Shown here piece after piece: positions 12,112-21,939 of a stretch of 45,259 nucleotides of DNA. The notes under the pieces are model-generated. The model did not search any database, had not been told where the DNA came from, and saw only the letters and a list, made by a program, of their open reading frames with translations. Location of the stretch: positions 11,674,509-11,719,767 of the forward strand of contig NC_057753.1 in assembly GCF_004010195.1 (NCBI RefSeq), given 5' to 3'. Made by a program: the position numbers and the translations under genes. Numbering within the stretch: the first letter of the stretch is position 1; every line of letters begins with the position of its first letter. The stretch comes from Chiloscyllium plagiosum. Lineage: Eukaryota.

Positions 12112-12361
12112 AACGTCTCGAAGTTTCACTTGGTCACGGTTTACTGCAGTCACATGTTCCCTCCTGATTAGCCAGAATATTGAACCAACTGGCACATATC
12201 CCTGGTCCCCGCGGGTGCTGGTTAGTTCAAAAGGAAAAACGTCTCGAAGTTTCACTTGGTCACGGTTTACTGCAGTCACATGTTCCCTCCTGATTAGCCA
12301 GAATATTGAACCAACTGGCACATCCCTGGTCCCCGCGGGAGCTGGTTAGTTCAAAAGGAAA
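12112..12361. repeat. Near-perfect 126-bp tandem duplication
   Basis: AACGTCTCGAAGTTTCAC... starts at both 12112 and 12238, with only a few differences between copies. Confidence 0.95.
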
Positions 12362-12654
12362 CATTTGCTGTGTTTTTGACGTGGCCCAAGTGAAAGCCAT
12401 CGCAGCAGCGCGGGGTTGGCCGAATCGTCGCAATGTCCTCTTTTGCTTTCGGACGCATCGGGGTCGACTTCCAACCGAGAGAATAGCGCGGAGGAGAGGC
12501 AGCGGCGGCTGGCCTGGAATTCTGTCCCCACCCAGGCCTTCCCAAGCTGACGCAGTTTTTTTTCCTCGAACGCGACATGAATTTGCAGGCAGGCGCCCAG
12601 AGGGAACCGGGCCTTCTTAAAAAAAAAACGCATGTGCGGAGCCGCGAGTGATAT

Positions 12655-13563
12655 TGTTGCGCAGTTGGGTACGATACTTGTGGAGTGGGAGGGGGCAGGA
12701 AATTAGAATTTGGTGTTTGTAAAATGCTGGCGGAGGCGGAGGGAAGCATTGCGTGGTCCTTATAAAAGATCATGTGCTTTTCCTGTGCTTGGAGATTTAA
12801 AATGCAAATGCACATTTGAATGGAAAGGCCAGACAGTTAGCAGACCAAGCGGCAGACATCAGCCCCCTGAATTTAGCCAATCAATTTGAACCAGGCACTT
12901 CAATACCAAAGGCCAATTCAATTTAAATCTGATGGTTTTGACAACACAGTGCCAATCCTATTGGAAGAAATATTGATAGGTCATTGAGGGTGGGCAAAGA
13001 AGGACAAAGGGCCGAGAGCCAGCTGCCATCCCCAGAGCTAATGGCCCTCAGCTCTCGAGAGAGAATCGCTGGCTCTCACAGCCTCCTTTCCGTCTTACAG
13101 AAAGCACCGTCCCAATAACAACAGTACTAACAGCACAACTAGTTAGTCTTCCTGACAGAATAATCGACAGGGAAGGCACAGAATGTTCCGGAAGAGAGAC
13201 AACCTGGCCATAATTTCAAGAGATTAATTTCTATTTTTTTTTTCAATATAAGCGGAACATGAATTTATTGGAAAAGCACACAATTAGACTCTTTCTTTAT
13301 TCGGAGATAGTTAATAGTTAAGAGAGATTTATTCGGTTTGTTTATCGTTTAGTTAATTTGTTCACCGTGAGATTTTAGATTAAAACTGACAAGTAACAAC
13401 TTATTTAAGTGTCGGGGATTTATTTTATTGAATCGCTAGAAGTTGCTGAAAAGCAGGTTACCCCACTTCTCAATGTCCTTTTCCAGATTATGGGGTGAGG
13501 TGCTCTGTTTTGGTTTTTAGTTCTTGGGGTGGAGGGGGGGAGGTCAATCTCTGCTTAATGACA
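12655..13563. mobile_element. Putative solo LTR in the 3' UTR of the 15-finger gene
   Basis: AT-rich block interrupting GC-rich sequence. It begins TGTTGCG, ends AATGACA, is flanked by ATAT/ATAA (imperfect 4-bp TSD), and contains several CCAAT motifs. Confidence 0.4.
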
Positions 13564-13612
13564 ATAATGAACGCGATGGTGGAGGGGTTACCCACCAGCG
13601 GGAGGGAGACGG

Positions 13613-14995
13613 CTACTTCTTGCTGGAAGCCGGGTAATCTGCCGGCATCGGGCGTTTGCAGTGTCGCTGGTGCGCCCGCAGGTTGGCGAGCTGGGTGAAG
13701 CCCGCACCGCAGGCGGGGCAGGCGAAGGGCCGCTCGCCGGTGTGGACCCGCCGGTGCCGCAGCAGGCTGAAGGACTTGGTGAAGCGTTTGCCGCAGGCCG
13801 GGCAGGCGAAGGGCCGCTCGCCGGTGTGGACCCGCCGGTGGGCCGTCAGGTCGGAGGCCTGGCGGAACCGCTTGCCGCAGGCGGCGCAGCCGAAGGGCCG
13901 CTCCTCGGTGTGGATCCGCTGGTGCCGCTGGAGGCTGGTGGGCCCGGTGAAGCCCTTGCTGCAGACGGGGCAGGCGAAGGGCCGTTCGCCGGCGTGCGCC
14001 CGCTGGTGCTCAGCCAGGCTGGCCGCATGCCGGAACTTCTTGCCGCAGCGGCCGCAGGCCAGCCGCTTCTCGGCGTGGGCCTGCAGGTGTGAGCGCAGGC
14101 TGGACGACCAGGAGAAGCCCTTGCCGCACGCCAGGCAGGTGAACGGCCGCTCGCCGGTGTGGACCCGGCGGTGGACGTTGAGGTCGGAGGAGGACCGGAA
14201 CCACTTGCCGCACACGGGGCAGCTGAAGGGCCTCTCCTCGGTGTGCGTCCGCTGGTGGGAGAGCAGGCACGTTGACATGGTGAAGCCCTTGCCACACAGC
14301 GAGCAGGTGAAGGGCTTCTCCCCGGTGTGGACCCGCCGGTGGGTGTCCAGCAGCGACGGGTAGCAGAAGGCCTTGCCGCAGTCCTGGCACTTCCACGGTT
14401 TCTCCCGAGCGCCGGGCGCCGCGTGGACCCGCTGGTGGTGCTCCAGCAGCGACGGGTAGCAGAAGGTCTTGCCGCAGTCCTGGCACTTCCACCGCTTCTC
14501 CCTGGAGCCGGGCGCCGCGTGGACCCGCCGGTGGCTCTCCAGCCGGCACGGGTAGTTGAAGCCTTTGCCGCAGTCGCCGCACTTCCAGGGCTTGTCCGCC
14601 GCCCCGGGCCCATCGTGGACCCGCCGGTGAATCTCCAGCCAGGACGGGTACTCGAAGGCCTTGCCGCAGTCGCCGCACTTCCACGGCTTCTCTCCGTGCC
14701 CGGCGTGGACCCGCCGGTGGTTGTCCAGCCGGTAGCTGTGACCGAAGACCTTGCCGCAGTCCTCGCACTTCCAGGGCTTCTCCCGGGGCGGGGCATGGAC
14801 GCGCTGGTGGTTCCGCAGCAGGGACGGGTAGCTGAACCCCTTGCCGCAGTCCCCGCACGTCCAGGGCTTGTCGCCGGCTGCGGGTTTGCCGTGGACGCGT
14901 TGGTGGTTCCTCAGCAGCGACGGGTAATTGAAGCCCTTCCCGCAGTCCCCGCACTTCCACGGCCTCTCCATTGAAGCCTCGCCTGCTCGGGGCAT
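13613..14995 (-). CDS. C2H2 zinc-finger protein, 15 fingers (last is C2HC-like), no KRAB/SCAN/BTB domain
   Basis: Intact 460-aa ORF with CxxC-x12-HxxxH repeats and TGEKP/TGERP linkers in fingers 7-15. The paralog-conserved Met (MERPWKC) is at 14971. Coding-exon acceptor ttttgcag at 15255. Confidence 0.93.
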   Translation of the reverse strand: MPRAGEASMERPWKCGDCGKGFNYPSLLRNHQRVHGKPAAGDKPWTCGDCGKGFSYPSLLRNHQRVHAPPREKPWKCEDCGKVFGHSYRLDNHRRVHAGHGEKPWKCGDCGKAFEYPSWLEIHRRVHDGPGAADKPWKCGDCGKGFNYPCRLESHRRVHAAPGSREKRWKCQDCGKTFCYPSLLEHHQRVHAAPGAREKPWKCQDCGKAFCYPSLLDTHRRVHTGEKPFTCSLCGKGFTMSTCLLSHQRTHTEERPFSCPVCGKWFRSSSDLNVHRRVHTGERPFTCLACGKGFSWSSSLRSHLQAHAEKRLACGRCGKKFRHAASLAEHQRAHAGERPFACPVCSKGFTGPTSLQRHQRIHTEERPFGCAACGKRFRQASDLTAHRRVHTGERPFACPACGKRFTKSFSLLRHRRVHTGERPFACPACGAGFTQLANLRAHQRHCKRPMPADYPASSKK

Positions 14996-16204
14996 GGGGG
15001 CCTGGCTCCTTCCCGCGGCGTTTCGTCTGCTCTTTTCAAGCTGCGCGGAAACGCCCGGCTCTCCCGGGCGCGCGCAGTCCTCCTGGTCTCACCCGGACAC
15101 GGGGACGTCCGGAACCTCTTCCCAGACACCGGACGTTTCTGGTTGCGCGTTCGGAGGCCCGTGCCGGTTCAGAGCCAGACGCTTGGCGTCCACTCTCGTC
15201 AGATCTCGCTGCGGTTAGAACAGGCGGCTCTGCCAAATTCCCCTGCCTGATCCCCTGCAAAAGGAGTTCACAAAGATCAGCTTTGTAAACGCGGTACAGA
15301 AACGCAGAAGCTGGGGATAATTTCTGTTCCTCCGCTCTCTGTTTCCCCCATAGCTATAAATCCACATCTCATCGTACCCTCCCCCGCCATTCCAGGGGCT
15401 GAAACGGGAACAGTAGGAGGCCATTCGGACCCCATTGTACTGGCGTTCAATGAGATTACGGCTGAAGCAAATGTCATAGACTTCGGGCCTCATCCCTCGA
15501 TATCTTTCCTTAACAAAACGCTTAACAGGGGATAAAGCCAAGAACTGAGGGGGCTGGTTTTCAGAAGCAAAAAGAGAAATTGCCAGAGAGACTCAGCAGG
15601 TCGAGCCACATCTGTGGAGATAAAACAGTGTCAAGATTTCAGATCCAGTGACTCTTCAGAACATCTCTTCACAGGATGGTCTGGCCCTAATTTTCAGGCT
15701 ATGCCCTCAGTTCTGTGGAAATAGTTTATGTCCTTTCCTGTCAAAGTCTTGTAGAGTTCCATCAGATCACCCCGTGACGTTCTGAATCCCACAGTAAATC
15801 TGGCCCAATTTCTGTCATCCCTCCTTGCCAACCTAACTCCTGAAGTCCCAGGTATCATTCTTGCAAAGTCACCCAAGATCCCCCAAAGCCACGACCACTT
15901 CCGTCTAGAAGGACAAGGGTCAGTAGATGTCTAGGAACACCACCCCCCCCCTTTCAGGTTCCCCTCCAAGCCGCTCCCCATCCTGCCCTTGGAAACGTAT
16001 CGCCGTTCCTTCACCGTCGCGGGTACAAAGTGCCGGAATTCCCTCCTTAAGGGCAGTGTGGGGGGCAACCCACAGCAGGTGGACTGCAGCGGTTCAAGAA
16101 GGCAGCCTCACCCCCTCCAGCCTTCTCAAGCCGCCCACCTCCCACAGAATGAATAAAGGAGTCAACAAAAGAAAACCCTGCTTTTGTTCTGCTTTCACGA
16201 CAGT

Positions 16205-16610
16205 AAAAACAAGGAGCTGTGGATGTTGGAAATCTGAAACCAAAACAGAAATTGCAGGAGAAACCCGTCAGATCTGGCAACAGCTCTGGAAGAAGGAGAG
16301 AAAACAGAGCTCTGAAGAAAGGTCACTGGACTCGGAAAGTCAAGTCCGTTTTCTCCCTTTCTCTCTCTTTCGCCCCACGCTGTCCTTAAGGAGGGAATTC
16401 CAGGACTTTGACCCAGTGACACTGAAGGAACGTAAGAAATGAGGAAGAGGAGCTTGTTCTGCCATTCAATAGGTTGATCCGATGTCCCTCCATAACCCTC
16501 GAATTGCCTCACTGATCAGGGAACTTTCCAGCTCAGTTTCCGTGCTGAGTTTCTCCAGCAATTTCTGTCTTTATTTCAGACCATCGACTTCTGCAGCTCA
16601 TTGCTTTTGT
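16205..16610. mobile_element. Degenerate Penelope-like terminal inverted-repeat remnant
   Basis: Arm GCTGTGGATGTTGGAAATCTGAAACCAAAACAGAAATTGC is complementary to GCAATTTCTGTCTTTATTTCAGA..CTTCTGCAGCTC. Contains a decayed CTGAAGA-stem-GAAA motif near 16312-16340. Confidence 0.5.
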
Positions 16611-16679
16611 ACTGCTGCTACCCCCTCCTCCAATTTGTTTCTCCGCTCCCAGCCTTGGACTGTGGGGTGGGAAGGGGGG

Positions 16680-17700
16680 GGAATTGTACAGCGGTTGTGC
16701 AGTGAGCATCGCTGCCTCAGGGTGCCAGGGATCCAGGGTTTGCCTCCACCATTGGTGGACTGCGCCTGTGCAGGAGTTTGCACGGTCTCCCAGCAACGCC
16801 ATCCCTGCGTCTGCTCCAGTTTCCTGCCACAATCCAGGGGGTGCGCAGGTGAGGGTGGGTTGGCCGTAATAAATAGTCCCAGGGATGTGCAGGTGAGGGT
16901 GGGCTGGCCGTGCTAAATCGTCCCAGGGGATGTGCAGGTGAGGGTGGGTTGGCCCTGCTAAATTGTCCAGGGGATGTGCAGGTGAGGGTGGGTTGGCCCT
17001 GCTAAATTGTCCAGGGGATATGCAGGTGAGGGTGGGTTAGCCGTGCTAAATTGTCCAGGGGATGTGCAGGTGAGGGTGGGTTGGCCGTGCTAAATTGTCC
17101 AGGGGATATGCAGCCCAGGGTGGGTTGGCCCTGCTAAATTGTCCAGGGGATATGCAGCCCAGGGTGGGTTGGCCCTGCTAAATTGTCCAGGGGATATGCA
17201 GCCCAGGGTGGGTTGGCCCTGCTAAATTGTCCAGGGGATATGCAGCCCAGGGTGGGTTGGCCCTGCTAAATTGTCCAGGGGATATGCAGCCCAGGGTGGG
17301 TTGGCCCTGCTAAATTGTCCAGGGGATATGCAGCCCAGGGTGGGTTGGCCCTGCTAAATTGTCCAGGGGATATGCAGCCCAGGGTGGGTTGGCCCTGCTA
17401 AATTGTCCAGGGGATATGCAGCCCAGGGTGGGTTGGCCCTGCTAAATTGTCCAGGGGATATGCAGCCCAGGGTGGGTTGGCCCTGCTAAATTGTCCAGGG
17501 GATATGCAGCCCAGGGTGGGTTGGCCCTGCTAAATTGTCCAGGGGCAGCCCAGGGTGGGTTGGCCCTGCTAAATTGTCCAGGGGATATGCAGCCCAGGGT
17601 GGGTTGGCCGTGCTAAATTGTCCAGCGGATGTGCAGGTGAGGGTGGGTTGGCCGTGCTAAATTGTCCAGGGGATGTGCAGGTGAGGGTTGCTCAGCCACA
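16680..17700 (+). mobile_element. Degenerate HE1-like SINE with an internal 44-bp tandem expansion (~16845-17690)
   Basis: SINE head and core followed by ~19 copies of CAGCCCAGGGTGGGTTGGCCCTGCTAAATTGTCCAGGGGATATG and variants. Confidence 0.85.
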
Positions 17701-17736
17701 GGGGGAGCGGGTGACAGTAAAGACCGCAGTTGGTGG

Positions 17737-18175
17737 AAGTTAGAGTCAGTAGATGTGAGGCTGGAAGAGCGCAGCAGGTCAGACCGCGTCCGAGGAGCAG
17801 GGGAGTGAACGTTTCGGGCTGAAACCCTTCATCCGGACTGGGGAGTCCAGAAGCAAATTGAAGGAGGGACAGTGGAGCGGGGCTGGGGGAAGGGGAGGTG
17901 AGATGTTGACAGGTGGATGGAGGTCAGAGGTTATTACGTTTGGTCAGTGGGAAGGGTGGAGCGCATAGGTGAGTGGGTAGATGGACAGGTTAGAATAGGT
18001 CAGGGAAGCGAGGAGGAGGAGGGGCCTCGACAGAGCAACAGGTTGGGAGGGGGAAGCTTGAGGCTGGTGAAGTCAATGTTGAGGCCATTGGGCTGTGAGA
18101 GCTCCACAGGCAATGTGTGAGGAGTCGCTCCTTCAGTGTCTGTCTGGCCTCACTCTGATAGTGGAGGGGGCACTG
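17737..18175 (-). mobile_element. Penelope-like element 3' fragment: GIY-YIG endonuclease C-terminus, 3' UTR and hammerhead-like motif
   Basis: Minus strand gives, across frameshifts, PLHYQSEARQTLKERLL.....QPNGLNIDFTSL, resembling the PLE GIY-YIG end 'R.L.E..LI..LG.L.P.GLN'. Downstream lies CGGATGA-AGGGTTTCAGCCC-GAAACGTT at 17835-17808. Confidence 0.75.
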
Positions 18176-18339
18176 GGCGAGGGGTGGGTCTTTAAGGTGG
18201 ATGGCAATCACAAGGTCGGGTTGCTTGCCCAGCCAGCAATGCCCTCACCCTGTGAGTGAATAAAAACACATTCCTCGAAGGTAGAGTAGCAGGTAGACAG
18301 TTTGGTGGAGAAGGGACGTGGCATGCTTGCCTTGGCGGG

Positions 18340-18880
18340 TCAGAGTCACAGGGACGTACAGCACGGAAACAGACCCTTCGGTTTAACTCGTCCATGCCAA
18401 CCAGATATCCCTAACCTAATCTAATCCCATTTGCCAGCACTTGGCCCATATCCCGCCAAACCCTTCCTACCCACGTTCCCATCCAGACGTCTATGAAATG
18501 CTGTAATTGCGCCAGCCTCTACCACTTCCTCTGGCAGCTCGATCCATACACGTACCACCCTCTGCATGGAAACGTTGCCCCTTAGGTCTATTTTATATCT
18601 TTCCCCTCTCACCCTAAACCTACCCCCCCTCTAGTGCTGGACTCCCCCACCCCAGGGAAAAGACCTTGTCTATTTACTCTCTCCGTGCCCCCTCGTGACT
18701 TTGTAAACCTCTCTAAGGTCACCCCTCAGCCTCCGACGCTCCAGGGAAAACAGCCCCAGCCTGTTCAGCCTCTCCCTGTAGCTCAAACCCTCCAGCATCC
18801 TTGTAAATCTTTCCTGAACCCTTTCAGGTTTCGCAACATCTTTCCGATAGGAAGGAGACCAGAACTGCACGCAGTAATCT
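18340..18880 (-). mobile_element. CR1 LINE 3' fragment
   Basis: QFWSPSYRKDVAKPERVQERFTRMLEGLSYRERLNRLGLFSLERRRLRGDL followed by a 3' tail. Confidence 0.9.
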
Positions 18881-18967
18881 CTCTTCAGAGAAGAAGTTCC
18901 TCCTCACGAATAGGAAGGGTTCAGAGGGATATGGGCCTAGTGCTAGAGTAGGTTAGGGATATCTGGG

Positions 18968-19368
18968 GTTGAAAAATGTGGTGCTGGGAAAACACAGCAG
19001 GCCAGGCAGCATCCGAGGAGCAGGAGAATCGACGTTTCGGGCATAAGCCCTTCTTGAAGAAGGACTTACGCCCCCTAAACGTCGACTCTCCTGCTCCTCG
19101 GATGCTGCCTGACCGGCTGTGTTTTTCCAGCACCACATCTGAAGAAGGGCTTACGCCCCCCCGAAACGTCGACTCTCCTGCTCCTCGGGTGCTGCCTGGC
19201 CGGCTGTGTTTTTCCAGCACCACATCTGGAGAAGGGCTTACGCCCCCCCGAAACGTCGACTCTCCTGCTCCTCGGGTGCTGCCTGGCCGGCTGTGTTTTT
19301 TATTTCCCCCCCTGCACCACATTTTTCAACTCTGGTACTCCAGCATCTGCAGCCCTCACTTTCTCCTG
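18968..19368. mobile_element. Penelope-derived non-autonomous element: inverted arm plus three tandem 87-bp units, inserted in a CR1 tail
   Basis: 18968-19055 is the reverse complement of the following unit, and units repeat with period 87. Flanked by AGGGATATCTGGG (18955-18967) and AGGGATAGCTGGG (19369-19381). Confidence 0.75.
19139..19170 (+). ncRNA. Minimal type I hammerhead ribozyme-like core
   Basis: CTGAAGA-A-GGGC-TTAC-GCCC(CCC)-GAAA-CGTC. Helix I is not evident in this copy, so activity is doubtful. Confidence 0.45.
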
Positions 19369-19464
19369 AGGGATAGCTGGGCCAGCATGGTGGAGTTGGG
19401 CCGAACGGTCTGCCTCTGTGCTGCACATCTCTATGACTCTCTGGGTCTGCATTGTCCCTCACCT

Positions 19465-19990
19465 TGGGTCACGTGGCGGAGGTGGGGTCACGTGGCTGGC
19501 AGCGCGCGGGGGCGGGGTTTCAGGGTGACGTGGATGGCAGCGCGCGGCGGGAGGGAGGGTGACGTAGTTGGCAGCGCGGTGGCCCCGCCCCCTTACGCCC
19601 GCCCCCCGGGGCGGGACGCGCATGCGCACAGCGCCCCCCTTCCCCGGTGCCCGATGACGAGGTGGACGCCAGGCCGAAACAAGATGGCGGCCGCTGCCCC
19701 GCGGCCAGACCGTTGCGGCGGAGGTTCAAAACCGCCCGCGGCCCACACACACCCACCCACCCACCACCCGCCACCGGGCGCCTCCCTGCGGGGTTCCTCG
19801 CCAACCCCGCCGCTTGTTGCCCGCTCCCCGGCCGCCCGCGTCTTACCGAGCGGCGTCACAGCCGACGACGACGACGCCGCCACCGCTGGGAGGCCCGTCA
19901 GACCTTGCGCATGCGCACGGCGCCTGCCCCGCCCAGCGGCGCGCGCCCCCGCCCGCTCCGGGGGATAGAGGACTTTCAGCCGCGCGGGGC
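19465..19990 (-). promoter_or_regulatory. CpG-island promoter and non-coding exon 1 of the 15-finger gene
   Basis: Very CpG-rich. Perfect NRF1 palindrome TGCGCATGCGCA at 19906-19917, minus-strand donor TCG|GTAAGA (exon ends 19847), YY1 site AAGATGGCGGCC at 19681-19692, and E-boxes CACGTG at 19470 and 19489. Confidence 0.75.
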
Positions 19991-19992
19991 AT

Positions 19993-20503
19993 TCTGGGTG
20001 ATGGGCGGGGTCTGTTTAGCAGTGTGGAAACAGGCCCTTCGGCCCAGCCTTCTGGGTGATGGGCGGCGTCTGTTTAGCAGTGTGGAAACAGGCCCTTCGG
20101 CCCATCATTCTGGGTGATGGGAGGTGTCTGTTTAGCAGTGTGGAAACAGGCCCTTCGGCCCAGCCTTCTGGGTGATGGGCGGGGTCTGTTTAGCAGTGTG
20201 GAAACAGGCCCTTCGGCCCATCATTCTGGGTGATGGGCGGGGTCTGTTTAGCAGTGTGGAAACAGGCCCTTTGGCCCAACCAGTCCCTCCGAAAGCACAG
20301 CGCAGCCAGAACCCACTTCCCCTCCGACAACAGCACCTGACACCACGGGCAATTCGGCCTGGCCCAATCCACCCTGTGGGAGGAAACTGGAGCACCCCGG
20401 AGGTAAACCCACGCAGACACGGTGGGAGAACGTGAGGCCAGAACCGAAACCGGGACCTTGGTGCTGTGAGACAGCAGTGCCAACTGTTGAGCCACCGTGG
20501 CAT
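19993..20503 (-). mobile_element. HE1-like SINE whose tail/flank junction is amplified as five ~58-bp tandem units (19993-20280)
   Basis: CTGGGTGATGGGCGGGGTCTGTTTAGCAGTGTGGAAACAGGCCCTTCGGCCC occurs five times, followed by the SINE body and head on the minus strand. Confidence 0.85.
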
Positions 20504-21279
20504 CTGCGGTCAGAAGTCAACCTTTCCAGACCGGTGACTTCACCAGCATCGGCAGTCCTCGCTATCTTCCAGTTAATTCAGAGACCAAGGTAATGTTCTG
20601 GGGTTCCGGGTTCAAACCCCCCCCCCCATTACGTGTCTAATGGTGAGTGTAAATCCATTATTGACTGTCAAGGTAAACCAATTGGGTTCACTAATATCCT
20701 TCAAGGAAGGAAACTGCCATCCATACTTGGTCTGGCCCACATGTGACTGCAGACCCACAGCAATGTGATTGACTCTTAACAATTAGGGACGGGCAATAAA
20801 TGCTTGCCTAGCCAGCAATGCTCTCACGTTGTGAATGACTAAAACACAGACTTGAAATCAAGTTCCTTGAAGGTGGAGTCTAAGGCAGGGTGGTGACGAA
20901 GGCATTTGGCATGCTTGCCTTCATTGGTCATTGCATTGAGTAAAGGAAATTTGGACGTCATGTTGCTGCTGCACAGATACATTGGTGAGGCCACTTTTAG
21001 AAAACAAGGCACAATTCAGAGGGAGTGGACGAGGGAATGGGAATGAGTGGAGTAGGGAAGAGTCCCTCACAGCGGCAATGATCAGGGAAATGGGAATGAG
21101 TCGAAGGCAATGAGTGTCTCACAGGACAGCGATGACAAGGGATGGGAAATTCGTGAGAGATGGAGAAACATCCACGCTGCAGGAATGACAAGGGAATGGG
21201 AATTTGTGGAGCATGGAGAGTCCCTCACACAGCAGCAACAATGAAGAAACGGGAATCTGTCGCGACCGCACTCTCATCT

Positions 21280-21778
21280 GAGAGTCACAGAGATGTACAA
21301 CATGGAAACACGTCCAACTTGTCCATGCCAACCACAAATCCTAAATTATACTAGTCCCTTTTGTCAACATTTGGCACATAACCCTCTAAACCCTTCCTAT
21401 TCACGTACCCATCCAGATGCCTTCTAAATGTTGCAATTATACCATCGTCCAACACTTCCTCTGGCAGCTCATTCCATACACGTACCACCCTCTACGTGAA
21501 AGAGTTGCCCCTTAGGTCTCTTTTATATCTTTTCCCTCTTACCCTAAACCTATGCCCCTCTAGTTTTAGACTCCCTCATCCCGGGGAAAAGACCTTGTCT
21601 ACTCAGCCTATCCAAGCCCCTCATGATTTTATAAACTTCTATAAGGTCACCCCCTCAAATTCCAAAGCTCCAGGGAAAATAACCCCAGCCTGCTCCCTCG
21701 AGCTCAAACCCTCCAGCCCTGGCAACGTGCTTGTAAATCTTTTCTGAGCCCTTTCAAGTTCCACAACATCTTGCCTAA
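21280..21778 (-). mobile_element. CR1 LINE 3' fragment
   Basis: Same CR1 3' sequence as 18340-18880. Confidence 0.85.
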
Positions 21779-21939
21779 AATTACCACCCACATCCCTCCC
21801 TCTCTCGTACATCCACTTCGGAAGAAACTAATGTGTGTTTGCGATATTAAATAAAAAAGACATGCTACATTGTGTTTAACACAAAGTTGATTTATTTATC
21901 CTTCAAGCTGAATATTAGCATCGATGAATAGGCTGGAGT

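Noticed and set aside
13656..14974. Overlapping antisense and alternative-frame ORFs on the ZNF genes (also 42289-43499)
   Set aside because: Expected from extreme GC content and finger periodicity, which suppress stop codons. There is no independent evidence of coding.
16845..17690. Regular repeat arrays as possible CRISPR arrays
   Set aside because: Units are head-to-tail with no unique spacers, there are no cas genes, and the context is eukaryotic.
18976..19968. 330-aa ORF across the hairpin element and CpG island
   Set aside because: Composed of repeat-derived and GC-rich low-complexity sequence, with a non-ATG start and no domain.
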